This document shows positions 1 to 9,444 of a stretch of DNA of 56,968 nucleotides, piece after piece. The stretch covers positions 1 through 56,968 of the forward strand of contig JBMTCD010000001.1 in NCBI GenBank assembly GCA_049430545.1, given 5' to 3'. Numbering within the stretch: position 1 is the stretch's first letter; each line of letters opens with the position of its first letter. The notes below the pieces were generated by a model. It had not been told where the DNA came from, did not search any database, and saw only the letters and a program-made list of their open reading frames with translations. The position numbers were made by a program, and so were the translations under genes. This DNA is from Luteolibacter sp. Its GTDB lineage: Bacteria; Verrucomicrobiota; Verrucomicrobiia; Verrucomicrobiales; Akkermansiaceae.

Positions 1-199
1 CCATCAACACCGCATTCGCAGGCCAACCGCTGAATTTCGCACCTGAATAGTTACGTTTTTGTTAGGAAAGTGAGTTCAATGGCTGGTGGCAGGGGCTTGT
101 CTTTTGTCCCGCCCGGCGCCCGCGAAAGGAAATCCAGACGATTTTTCTCGTAGACATTGGATTTTTCGCCCCACCCCCGCAAGATTTTTTTCATTCCCG

Positions 200-220
200 C
201 CTATCCTTTAAAAGGATAGG
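200..220. promoter_or_regulatory. perfect 21-bp palindrome, candidate transcription-factor operator
   Basis: CCTATCCTTT-A-AAAGGATAGG, 10-bp perfect inverted repeat in an AT-rich non-coding stretch. Confidence 0.45.
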
Positions 221-448
221 GTGATTTTATGCCTGAGTTTGCCATTCTCACGCTCTCCGCACAAGTTCAGCGGGAGAAGAATATGAACAACCGATGGGCC
301 GATGCGGCATGGAGGCCCAGGGACCGCGACGCTTGGATTGACCGGAATCCGCTGACGCGGACCTCGACTTCGACCGCTTGCTAGCACTGGCCGGTGCCGG
401 CCGATGGCATGGCGATCAAGACGATCAGAACCAGGGGAATGACGCGGA

Positions 449-3400
449 TCATATCGGTTTCCCCGGGGATTCGATTTCCGAAGCCGGCACCCAGCGGAAC
501 GACTTGACCAGGAAACGTCTGCCGAAGTTCCGATTGGCCGACGATTTCAGGTCTGAGGCGGCTGTGTGGGCACTGTCGGCGTGATCGATGTAATCGGGCA
601 CCCGCTGGATGACCGCTTCGCACCACGCGCGGGCTGTGACGGCTTGGCCGTCGGCGGAGCGGGCTTCGCCATAGCCACGGATCAGGAAGGTGTCCGAGCG
701 GGCGTTGAGGATCGGTGCGACCGGCGTGAGGATATCGGCTTGGGAGATATAGGCAGGGGTGCCTTGGTGGCGCGGGCCGAGCGCGGCTTCGGGAAAGCTG
801 TAATTGGCGGCATAGGCGCGTTTTGTAAGATCGGAGGCGGTGATCCGGTCGCCGCGGTAGGCGTGGTTGATGCTGACCGAGGGATCTTCAAGCGCGGCCT
901 GCACCGCTCCGTAGAGCGCGAGATCGGTATCATTGGTGAGCCGCCGGTTGACAAACTCGCCGAGCGAGCGGAACGGGCCGCGCAGCTTGACCTGTTTGAC
1001 GATCGCTTCCGCCAGCTCGCTCACTTCCGTCCCGGTCAGCTCGCGGTATCCGAGCCAGCGGTTTTCCTCGGAGGCGGCCTGGCCGTCGGCCGGCCCGCCC
1101 ACCGGGGCGGAAAACCGGGAAACAACGAAACGCGCGGGATCCCTCGCCAGCAGCGAGCCGCGGGAATTGAAGGTGACCGGGCGCTTGAGATGGGCGGATG
1201 CAAGCAGCGCGGTCCATGCCGGCACGGAGGTGGAATTCACATTGAAACCGCCGGCGGCGGTGAGATGTGCGGCGACGAGGCGATGGGCGTCGGCCGTGAC
1301 CCCCAGGCGGCTGGAGGCCAGGGTTTGGAGGATCGCGGCGGGGTCGCTCCGGCCGAGGTAAGGGCGGTAAGCGGCGTTTGGCGCGGGCCGGGTGCCTTCG
1401 AAAAACTCCTGCAAGACCTGGCGGACCGGGCGTTCCCTGCCATGGCTTTTGAAGATCGGCCCTTGCTGAGCGGCCAGGGATGAGAAGAAATACGAATCGA
1501 AGAGCAGATGGTTGGCGGCGTAGCTGCGGTCGATTATGGACGCCGGCGCGTGCGGGATGGTGTAGTGGTCGTTGTTGAACCAAGTCCAGTCCGGATAGAA
1601 ATTCCCCGCGAGGTCGCCGCCCTGCCACGGGAAATACTCGCCGAGATAGAAGGGGAACGAGCGTTGCTTGATCTCCTGCGGAGGAAGCCCGGGCGAGGCG
1701 AATGAGTTGCCGATGGCCTGGTTCTGGAAGTAATAGCCGCTCCAGTTGAGTGCCTCGATCGGCACTTGCGGCAGGTTCTGCAACTGGGCGAGCGAGGTGA
1801 GCGGTGCCAGCGGGATGTCCTGCGCGATGATCGTGCCGCGTCCGGACGGGCTGTTGCTGGGCCCGAAAAACGGGCGGTTCTGGACGAGTCCCTCGATGCC
1901 GTTGATCTGCTCGAAGGAGACGGTGTATGGGTGGGCGAAGAAATTGGTGGCGGCGTCCACCTCGCGGTGTTTCTGCGTCGAGGTGGCTGCCGCATAGGGA
2001 TGGTGCGGAATGTTGTGCAGCCATGTCTTGTTGGGCAGGCGGACTTCGTCGAGTGTCTTGAGACGGACATCGAGATGTAGGAACGGCGAGGGTGCGTTGT
2101 CAAGCTGGCCGAGCGTCATGCTCGGGAAATTGCTCCGTGAGATGAAATCAATCGACGGATTGCCGGCGTCGGCCTCGACCCGCCAGGCCACTTGGCTGGT
2201 GAACATTTGCCGACGCAAATCCTCCGGGTGGCCGCGATGGACCGCTTTCGATTCGCAGCGGTAGCAGAAAGTCGTCTGAAAGCTGCTGTACGACGCGGCG
2301 GAGGTGTTCCAACTGGATCCCGTTGTTTCGATCTCAATCCGGTCGGTATCAGCGCCGGTGATGGTGCCGAGGTGCCGCGCTTGGCCGGCCTGTCCCTGAG
2401 GGTTGGCGGCGGTCGGCGGCAGCCACGGGCGGATGCCGGCCACCATGTCGTGGGCGTGAAAACCGCCGGATTGGGATGCGGCATAGGTGAGGACCTTGGC
2501 CTCGCCGGGGGCGAAGGTGATGCCGGGCGTGCCCGCATCGCCGAAGCGCATGACCATGTTGCCGTGCGGCCAGCCCCAGTTGTAATTCCCGTTGCGCGTG
2601 CCGCCGCCGGAGAGATTGATCTTGGTTCCGTTGCGGTAGACCGCGTGTTCCAACGGCAGGGTGTGGAGAAAGACGCTCCACTGCTCCACTTCGAGACCCA
2701 CGCTGTAGGGATTCCAAAGGGTGAGAACCGGATAGCTGTACATGAAGAGGTCGTAGTTGAAAGTGCCGCGCACGGCCCCGGGGCCGGTCTTGCGCACGCC
2801 ATAGGAAACGATCATCTGCATGCGCGCGAGAACCGGTGAGATTCTCATCACCCCGGAGTTCCACGCCGCGTTGTGCACCGGGTCGAGCGCGGTGTAGTTC
2901 CGCATCGCCACCAAGGGCATGTGGGGACTTGTTTTCAGCTGCCGGCGGTGCATGTTCTGCCAATGATGGAGGGATTTCCATGACAGCACGTCGTATTCCG
3001 CCGGGAGGCTCAGGGCATAGGCGCCGTTCGGGCCGCGGGGCACTGCGGGCGGGCGGCTTTTGCCGCCTGGCCAACCCCAGCCGTCCAGCCAGTTGATATC
3101 CTGCCGCTCAAGATAAAGGCTGAGATCCTGTCGCAACGATCCTCTCGTCACATCGGCAAGCACGCTTTCCGAATAGGGCGTGAGATCATGGAAAAACTCA
3201 GCCGGGCGTCCGCCGTCGGCGTCGGCCAAGCCGATGGTCGAGTGGGTGATCAGGCGGTCGGAGACGGGCGTATTCGATGGAAAATCGCCGAACCCCGGCA
3301 CCGCCCGGATACCGTGGCCGCCGGGAGTGGCGAAGCCGGCGAGCAAGTCAGCGACGGCGGGCATGCCGGCGCGGTCGAATTCGTCCGCAAAACCGACGCG

Positions 3401-4078
3401 CGCCTTGCAATTCTCGTCGCCAACCCACCAGGCGTAGGCACCGGCTTCGGTTTTCACGCGCCCGGCGCGGACTTCGCGGCGGGGGCTGTCGCCGGCAGGA
3501 ACGGGCAGGTTTACCATGACCACCGGCTCGGAGAGCGAGCCGGACCGCGCAAGTTCGAGGCTCTCGGCAGCGCGCGGGTCGGCGTTGGAAACCAGCCAAC
3601 GGCGAAATGGGGCGGAGCGGTCGTAATCCGGGCGCGTGCCGAGCGCCTCAGTACGCGCCGCCCAGATACCGGTGAGATGCGGATCGCGCACACCGTCCGG
3701 CTCAGGTGTATCGGGATTGGAGTCGAGGATTGCCGCCGGGCTGGTGATCGCCTCGTCACGGCCAAGCGACTTTTGGATTTCGCCCACGGCGAGGATCAGG
3801 GCCAGGCGGGCATTGGCGCGGGCCTCGGCGGCGGCCGCGCCGGAGGATGCGGCGCGTAAGCTCACCGTGGCCAGGCTGAGCAAGCCTACCGCCAGGATGG
3901 CAAGCAGAATCATCAGCGAAAGTGTCGCCACCAGCGCGAAACCGGAGCGTCCCGCCATTTCCGAAAAGCCCGCGCCGATTGGCCCTTGGGCATGGGAAGG
4001 GGTTGACTGGGGCGAAAATGCTTGCCGTCGGTTTGACATGGAATCTGGGGATTTCGGCATATGGGTCAGGTGTGTCAA
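449..4078 (-). CDS. large PilX/GspK-like pseudopilin-anchored protein (Verru_Chthon cassette protein A-like), stand-alone
   Basis: N-terminal GFALVATLSLMILLAILAVGLLSL, then ARANARLAL, YAWWVGDEN.KA, FNVNSTS and C-terminal RSDTFLIRGYGEA...GRRF motifs; true start may be 4039 or 3958. Confidence 0.8.
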   Translation of the reverse strand: MTHLTHMPKSPDSMSNRRQAFSPQSTPSHAQGPIGAGFSEMAGRSGFALVATLSLMILLAILAVGLLSLATVSLRAASSGAAAAEARANARLALILAVGEIQKSLGRDEAITSPAAILDSNPDTPEPDGVRDPHLTGIWAARTEALGTRPDYDRSAPFRRWLVSNADPRAAESLELARSGSLSEPVVMVNLPVPAGDSPRREVRAGRVKTEAGAYAWWVGDENCKARVGFADEFDRAGMPAVADLLAGFATPGGHGIRAVPGFGDFPSNTPVSDRLITHSTIGLADADGGRPAEFFHDLTPYSESVLADVTRGSLRQDLSLYLERQDINWLDGWGWPGGKSRPPAVPRGPNGAYALSLPAEYDVLSWKSLHHWQNMHRRQLKTSPHMPLVAMRNYTALDPVHNAAWNSGVMRISPVLARMQMIVSYGVRKTGPGAVRGTFNYDLFMYSYPVLTLWNPYSVGLEVEQWSVFLHTLPLEHAVYRNGTKINLSGGGTRNGNYNWGWPHGNMVMRFGDAGTPGITFAPGEAKVLTYAASQSGGFHAHDMVAGIRPWLPPTAANPQGQAGQARHLGTITGADTDRIEIETTGSSWNTSAASYSSFQTTFCYRCESKAVHRGHPEDLRRQMFTSQVAWRVEADAGNPSIDFISRSNFPSMTLGQLDNAPSPFLHLDVRLKTLDEVRLPNKTWLHNIPHHPYAAATSTQKHREVDAATNFFAHPYTVSFEQINGIEGLVQNRPFFGPSNSPSGRGTIIAQDIPLAPLTSLAQLQNLPQVPIEALNWSGYYFQNQAIGNSFASPGLPPQEIKQRSFPFYLGEYFPWQGGDLAGNFYPDWTWFNNDHYTIPHAPASIIDRSYAANHLLFDSYFFSSLAAQQGPIFKSHGRERPVRQVLQEFFEGTRPAPNAAYRPYLGRSDPAAILQTLASSRLGVTADAHRLVAAHLTAAGGFNVNSTSVPAWTALLASAHLKRPVTFNSRGSLLARDPARFVVSRFSAPVGGPADGQAASEENRWLGYRELTGTEVSELAEAIVKQVKLRGPFRSLGEFVNRRLTNDTDLALYGAVQAALEDPSVSINHAYRGDRITASDLTKRAYAANYSFPEAALGPRHQGTPAYISQADILTPVAPILNARSDTFLIRGYGEARSADGQAVTARAWCEAVIQRVPDYIDHADSAHTAASDLKSSANRNFGRRFLVKSFRWVPASEIESPGKPI

Positions 4079-4113
4079 TTCAACATTTTTTTGGGACTGA
4101 CACGGGTTCAGAG

Positions 4114-4478
4114 CACGGCTTTTTCATTTGGAGGCATTGTTGCACACGAGGTTGAAGGGGAGTGACGGGTTTGCTGCGGACTTCTCGAAAAGATGAGGCC
4201 ATGAGAGGTGGGCGGCGTGGCGCGTCTTGAGGGCGATGAGGGCACAGCGCAGCACGGCGAGATTGCCGTTGAGGTTGAGGTTTTCGGAGCGGGTGTCTCC
4301 TCTTCAAACAGCGCGTCGCGCAGGCTTTCGATCCGGGCTTTCCTGAGCGGCAGGGCGCGCTCGGCGGTTTGCGAATCGCAACCGGGCTGGTAGGCGGCGG
4401 GGATGTCCATGCCGCTGAGGATGACCCGGGTGTTGCGCGAGAGGGTTTTGAGCCAGAGTTTCTTGGGACGATTGTGGC
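4114..4478 (-). mobile_element. internally deleted, frameshifted ISAs1-family transposase remnant with one terminal inverted repeat
   Basis: HNRPKKLWLKTL...IESLRDAL joined directly to RDALFEE/(frameshift)DTRSENLNLNGNLAVLRCALIAL, resembling the ISAs1 C-terminus; the stop overlaps ATGAAAAAGCCGTG, an ISAs1-like end (CACGGC for CAGGGC) at 4114. Confidence 0.6.
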
Positions 4479-4627
4479 ATTCATCCGGCCCCATCACAGA
4501 CGAATGAGCGTCCTTTGTTTAGGATTTTTCATGCAATCAACGCCTGACACGTAAATTTCCTTCAAAATGATAATGCCGTGTCGGCGGAAACGGTCTGTTT
4601 TCAACGGCTTCCATCGATATGCCCGTC

Positions 4628-5062
4628 GGTTACACCAACTAGACACGGGCGCTGCAACTTTCGGGTAACCCAACCATTGATGGCGGCATCCTTGGCGTCG
4701 CCGCCGGCCAGTCGCTGCGCCTGGCTGGCGATATCACCGGCACTGGCGTGCTGGGCCTGGGCGGACGCGGCGGCACGTTCACTTTGGCGGGTACCAATTC
4801 GCATAGCGGCGGGATTTCGGTCGTGGGCGATCAAGGGAATCCGGCCACGCTCTTCCTCGACAGCGACTTCACGGGACCCATCACTCTCGGGGATGCGCAA
4901 GCCGCCCTGCCCGCGGTGCTCGGCATCGTGGCCGACGGCTCGCTCGGTGATGCCGCCAACATCGTCACCTTGGGTTCTTCGTATTTCGACGGCGAGAGGA
5001 CCATCGGCGTGCAAGGCGGGTTGCGGGCCTATGCCGATCTCGAGCTGGCCGAGTCCCGCCGA
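4628..5062 (+). pseudogene. fragment of autotransporter-associated beta-strand repeat (passenger) protein
   Basis: LRLAGDITGTGVLGLGGRGGTFTLAGTNSHSGG repeat-type sequence; in-frame TAG at 4640-4642; no credible start or end. Confidence 0.6.
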
Positions 5063-5063
5063 T

Positions 5064-5325
5064 CTGACCGGTCTGGATGTCGCGCTCGAAGGCCCGGATA
5101 CCCGTGCTTTGGCGACCGAGGATCCACGCGCTTTTCTCCGCCACGCGTCCGAGGTAGCCATCCTCGACGAAGTCCAGCGCGCCCGGGCTTTTCTCGAACC
5201 TCCAAGGCGTTGTGGATGCCGACCGCCGGATGGGCCGCTTCATCCTGACCGGCTCCAGCCAGTTCGAGGTCATCGAAACCGGCCCCGACACCTTCCAGGC
5301 CGTCGAAATCAAGTCCGGTGAAACC
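5064..5325 (+). pseudogene. fragment of AAA_14/DUF4143 ATPase, frameshifted and internally deleted
   Basis: LEGPDTRALATEDPRAFL..ILDEVQRA, frameshift, LQGVVDADRRMGRFILTGSSQF joined directly to C-terminal VIETG..AVEIKSGET; Walker A absent. Confidence 0.7.
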
Positions 5326-5348
5326 GGACAGTGTTCGTGGCTTGTTTC

Positions 5349-5376
5349 CTTGGCGTTTTGGCGTCTTGGCGGTGAA
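5349..5376. repeat. three tandem 8-mers (YTTGGCGK)
   Basis: CTTGGCGT TTTGGCGT CTTGGCGG TGAA. Confidence 0.55.
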
Positions 5377-5435
5377 ACAAACACGCGGTCTTGCCAGGGT
5401 TTTGGGCATCGTGCAGCGTCGCGGCTGTGGACGAG

Positions 5436-6539
5436 ATGATTCCAAGCTCCCCGCCGAGGGCGTGGGCGGAGATCGATCTGGCGGCGATGGTGGCGAACCT
5501 GCGGGTCGCGCGCGAGGCCGCCGGGTGTGACTTGATGGTGGTGGTGAAGGCGGGGGCCTATGGCCACGGGTTGGAGGAAATCGCGCGGATGCTGGCGGCG
5601 CGTAACATCGCTTTTTTCGGCGTGGCGAACGTGGGCGAGGCGCGCCGCATCCGTGCGGCGGGCGTGGCGACACCGGTCTATCTGTTGGGGCCGACCTGGG
5701 AGTCCGAGCGTGCGGAGATCGTGGCGCGCGGCTGGACGCCCTGCATTTCCTCGCTGGCGGAGGCGAAGCATTTCGACCAGTTGGCGGCGGCGGCGGGGGT
5801 GCGCCAGCAGGTGCATCTGGCGGTGGACACGGGGATGGGCCGCGGCGGCTTCGTAGCGGCGGATTTGCCGCAGGCGATGGCGGTATTGGAACGAATGCCG
5901 CATTTGGAAATCGAGGGCATCGGCTCGCATTGCCCGTCGGCGGACGAGGACGCGGAGTTCACCCGGGGACAGATCGCGGTGTATCGGGAAATCATCGGCG
6001 CGCTCGGCGGTCCGGATCGTTTCAAGTGGCGGCACCTGCTCAACAGCGCGGGGCTGCTCGGCTACGACCGCGGCCTGTGCAATCTCGCCCGGCCGGGCTT
6101 GATGCTCTACGGCGTATCGCCACTGCCGGATTTCCAAGCCCGGCTTGCCACGGTGATGACGCTGAAATCACGCATCACGCTCTTGCGCACCTTGCCGGCC
6201 GGCCATGGCGTTTCCTACGGCCGCGAATACGTGACCGCCGCGCCGACGCGGGTGGCCACGGTGGGGATCGGCTACGGCGATGGCTACCCGCGGCATGTCT
6301 CGGGCCGGGGCGCGGAGGTTTTCATCCACGGCCGGCGCTGTCCGATTCTCGGGCGGGTGACGATGGACCAGGTGATGGTGGATGCGACCGCCGTGCCCGA
6401 AGCGCGGGAAGGCGACGAGGTGGAAATGTTCGGCCCGAACATCCCGGTGACCGAAGTGGCGGAAAAGGCCGGCACCATCGCGTGGGAAATCTTCACCGGC
6501 ATCACGTCACGCGTGGTGCGGCGGCACTCCGGCGCGTGA
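5436..6539 (+). CDS. alr: alanine racemase
   Basis: RAWAEIDL, PLP-lysine motif VVKAGAYGHG, VDTGMGRGG, GYGDGYPR, GRVTMDQ. Confidence 0.95.
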   Translation: MIPSSPPRAWAEIDLAAMVANLRVAREAAGCDLMVVVKAGAYGHGLEEIARMLAARNIAFFGVANVGEARRIRAAGVATPVYLLGPTWESERAEIVARGWTPCISSLAEAKHFDQLAAAAGVRQQVHLAVDTGMGRGGFVAADLPQAMAVLERMPHLEIEGIGSHCPSADEDAEFTRGQIAVYREIIGALGGPDRFKWRHLLNSAGLLGYDRGLCNLARPGLMLYGVSPLPDFQARLATVMTLKSRITLLRTLPAGHGVSYGREYVTAAPTRVATVGIGYGDGYPRHVSGRGAEVFIHGRRCPILGRVTMDQVMVDATAVPEAREGDEVEMFGPNIPVTEVAEKAGTIAWEIFTGITSRVVRRHSGA

Positions 6540-6593
6540 TCCCGGGCGCTTGCACAGGCTTGCGGAGCGCGCGGCCGTCGTTAAAGTGCGCCG

Positions 6594-8093
6594 ATGAACC
6601 GAAGGGAGCGCAGGCGCAGGGGCCGGAGTGGCGGACGGTTGGCGACGATGGCCGCGGGCTTGATCGCCGTGGGCCTGGTGGCGGCGGCGGTGGTTTTCAT
6701 GGCGGTGCGGAATTACCTGCGCAGCGATGCCTTCCGGCAATTGTTGTCGGAAAAAACCAGTGCCGCTGCCGGGGTGGATGGCAGCTTCACGCCACTGCGC
6801 TGGGATGGATTTTCGGTGGATGCCGATTCGTTCGCGGCCACGGGTCAAGGCCCGGTCCGCGAACTCCGGGTCGAGGGATTGCATACGGAATTGGCGCTCG
6901 GCGGCGTGCGGCGCGGGGTGTGGGAACTCCGCAATTCGCGTGCGCGGCGGCTCACAGTCGAGGTGGACATGCGCGGCAGGCAGGATGATCGCCAAGCGCC
7001 GCCACGCCAGCCGGCCGCCGCCTTGGACGAGGCGCAACGGGACGGCTGGCTGCCCCGCAAGGTGGAGGCAAACGGTCTGGTGCTGGATGAAATTTCACTG
7101 GAGGCCGTCACCGATCAGGGGCCGCTGACGGCGAGCGGCATGCGGCTCGATGTGGAAAAAGCAGGCGGATCCAATTCCTACCGCGCGGTGCTTGCCGGGG
7201 GCACGCTCATGTTTCCACTGGAAAGCTTGCCCGAGCTGCGATTGCAGCGGGCGCGGATCCACGTGCAACCGCACGGGGTTTTCCTGACGGGCCTGGAGGC
7301 CGGCGCATGGACCGCCGCCCGGCTGACGGCGGATGGCGAGTGGGACCGCGCCACGAAGCGCCTGACGCTGGATGGAGAGCTGACCGGAGTGAAGTGCGGG
7401 GAATTGATGAATGAGGACTGGGCACGCCGGCTGAGCGGCCAGCTGAGATCGGATTTCGTCTTGCAAAGCAGCGCCGGGCAAACCGCCGCCAATGGCCACA
7501 TGGTGTTGGAAAACGGCGTGCTGACCGCCCTGCCGGTGCTCGATGTCCTGGCCGCATACCTCGACACCAGCCGCTTCCGCACCCTGATGCTCAGCGAGGC
7601 CCGGGCCGACTGGCGCTGGCAGGATGGGGCATTGGTTTTCGATCCCATCGTCCTTGCCAGCGAGAGCCAGGTCCGGCTGGAGGGCCGCCTGACCATCCGC
7701 GAGCGCCAACTGGACGGCGATTTCATGCTGGGCGTGGCACCCGGCACGCTTGCGGCCGTGCCCGGAGCGGAAACCCATGTCTTCATGCCGGGCGCTCGTG
7801 GCATGTTGTGGGCGCCGATGCGCGTCACCGGCACGCTCGACAAGCCGCGCGAGGACCTCGGCGACCGCATGATCGCCGCCGCCGGACTGCGGCTGCTCGA
7901 AACCATCCCCGGCAGCGGCGGGGAAAAAGTGCTCAAGTTTTCCCGCACCGTGCTCGGCGACGATCCCCAACAGGCGATCGAGAAAGGCGTGAAAATCATC
8001 GAGGAAGGCAACCGCGCCGTGCGCGAGGTCAATCAATTGCTTGATGGAATCCTCGGCGGCGGCCGCGAGCGCGATACTCCCGACAAGCGATGA
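6594..8093 (+). CDS. AsmA-like / beta-taco membrane-anchored protein
   Basis: single N-terminal TM helix, beta-rich body, C-terminal PMRVTGTLDKPREDL typical of AsmA-like proteins. Confidence 0.6.
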   Translation: MNRRERRRRGRSGGRLATMAAGLIAVGLVAAAVVFMAVRNYLRSDAFRQLLSEKTSAAAGVDGSFTPLRWDGFSVDADSFAATGQGPVRELRVEGLHTELALGGVRRGVWELRNSRARRLTVEVDMRGRQDDRQAPPRQPAAALDEAQRDGWLPRKVEANGLVLDEISLEAVTDQGPLTASGMRLDVEKAGGSNSYRAVLAGGTLMFPLESLPELRLQRARIHVQPHGVFLTGLEAGAWTAARLTADGEWDRATKRLTLDGELTGVKCGELMNEDWARRLSGQLRSDFVLQSSAGQTAANGHMVLENGVLTALPVLDVLAAYLDTSRFRTLMLSEARADWRWQDGALVFDPIVLASESQVRLEGRLTIRERQLDGDFMLGVAPGTLAAVPGAETHVFMPGARGMLWAPMRVTGTLDKPREDLGDRMIAAAGLRLLETIPGSGGEKVLKFSRTVLGDDPQQAIEKGVKIIEEGNRAVREVNQLLDGILGGGRERDTPDKR

Positions 8094-8208
8094 GGCACTT
8101 GCGAATGCCCGACATTGGTTTTCCGCCACCGGTGACGATTCTGTCACTGCAGCCGATGGTTGACGGCCGGGGTTTCGAATGCAGATTCGGCCCTGTGTTT
8201 ACTTCGTG

Positions 8209-8225
8209 TTGGCACGATGCCTGCA
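8209..8225 (+). promoter_or_regulatory. sigma54 (-24/-12) promoter of pseudopilin cassette
   Basis: TTGGCACGATGCCTGCA: GG-N10-GC spacing, ending about 30 bp upstream of the first cassette gene. Confidence 0.6.
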
Positions 8226-8256
8226 CGCCGGAAACCTGAAATGACATGAACGAATC

Positions 8257-8931
8257 GTGAATTTTCCCCAACGTTGGCATCCCGGCATCGGCAGACGCGC
8301 GTTCACCTTGGTGGAAATGCTCGCCGTGATCGCAATCATCGGCATCCTGCTGGTGGCCGGGGTCCGATTGCTCGGCGACACCGGCGCCCAGGCACGCCGC
8401 GCGGCCACCGATAGCGTGACCGGCCTGATCGAGCAGGCGCGCACCGCAGCCATCACCACCCGCTCGCATGTGATTCTGGCCATCGCCGAGCCCGGCGACC
8501 TGCCGGCCAGCGACAACCGCTGCCGCCTCGGGTTGTTCAAGGTGGACGAGTGGCCGGAAGACAGCACCGGCGAAGTGCCTGCCGTGCTGATGAATCGCTG
8601 GCGGGTGTTGGACAACGGCGTGGTGCTGGCCGCCGGCGACGACAACGGGCAATCCGCCGGGCCATTGCCGAATCCGCTCGATGCCCCCGAACTGCGGATC
8701 CGCTACGGCACCGGCACCAATGCCCGCACCGTGCAAGTCCACGCCCTTGCCTTCAATCCGCGCGGCGGGTTGCGCTTTCCGGAGGGCTCCAGCCCCGTCC
8801 AGCTCCGTATCGCCGAGGGTGGCTATCGCAACGGCACCGCCGTCCCCGTCCGGCGCGGAGAACAACAGGGGATCGCCGAGAATCGTCTCAAGATCGGCCG
8901 CGTGATCGCCCGGCCCTACCGCACGAACTGA
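8257..8931 (+). CDS. prepilin-type pseudopilin, GspH/FimT-like (Verru_Chthon cassette protein D-like)
   Basis: RRA|FTLVEMLAVIAIIGILL, IEQARTAAIT, LAFNPRG. Confidence 0.8.
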   Translation: MNFPQRWHPGIGRRAFTLVEMLAVIAIIGILLVAGVRLLGDTGAQARRAATDSVTGLIEQARTAAITTRSHVILAIAEPGDLPASDNRCRLGLFKVDEWPEDSTGEVPAVLMNRWRVLDNGVVLAAGDDNGQSAGPLPNPLDAPELRIRYGTGTNARTVQVHALAFNPRGGLRFPEGSSPVQLRIAEGGYRNGTAVPVRRGEQQGIAENRLKIGRVIARPYRTN

Positions 8932-9444
8932 ATGAAACCCTCCACCCCATGTCGCAACGTCCCGCGTGGCAGCTCGCTCGTCGAGGCAGTCATCGCGGTG
9001 GGCGTGCTCGCGGTGGCGGTGCCGCTGGTTTTCGGCGCGCTGGCGGAGGCCGGAAAAAGCGGCTCTTCCGCGCAGGCGGAAACCCGGGCCACCTGGATCG
9101 TCCGTGCCTGCATGCGGGAGATCGAAGCCTCGCGCGATGGACGCCCGCAATATTTCACCGCCACCGCCACCGGCCAGACCTTCCCGCCTGCGGGCGAGGT
9201 TTGGGCGCTCGCCTTCACCGCCGACGGCGGCACCTTGGGCAAGGTTTCCAAAACACAATACGACCGCGGCCTGAAGGAACTCGACGGCCGGCCGGTGCGC
9301 TACATCGCCGTCCTCGCGGCCACCTCCGGAAACGCGACACCCGGCACCACGCCCATGCTCGACGCGCGGATTTCCGTCGAATATCCGGCCTCCGCTGCCG
9401 CGGCACGGCGCGACAAGCTCGACTTCCACACCCGCATCCCATGA
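8932..9444 (+). CDS. pseudopilin, PilV-like (Verru_Chthon cassette protein B-like)
   Basis: RG|SSLVEAVIAVGVLAVAVP, C-terminal ISVEYPA; starts immediately after the upstream stop. Confidence 0.75.
   Translation: MKPSTPCRNVPRGSSLVEAVIAVGVLAVAVPLVFGALAEAGKSGSSAQAETRATWIVRACMREIEASRDGRPQYFTATATGQTFPPAGEVWALAFTADGGTLGKVSKTQYDRGLKELDGRPVRYIAVLAATSGNATPGTTPMLDARISVEYPASAAAARRDKLDFHTRIP

Noticed and set aside
4564-4575. AAAATGATAATG as a Fur box
   Set aside because: Only a half-site, with no intact gene downstream.
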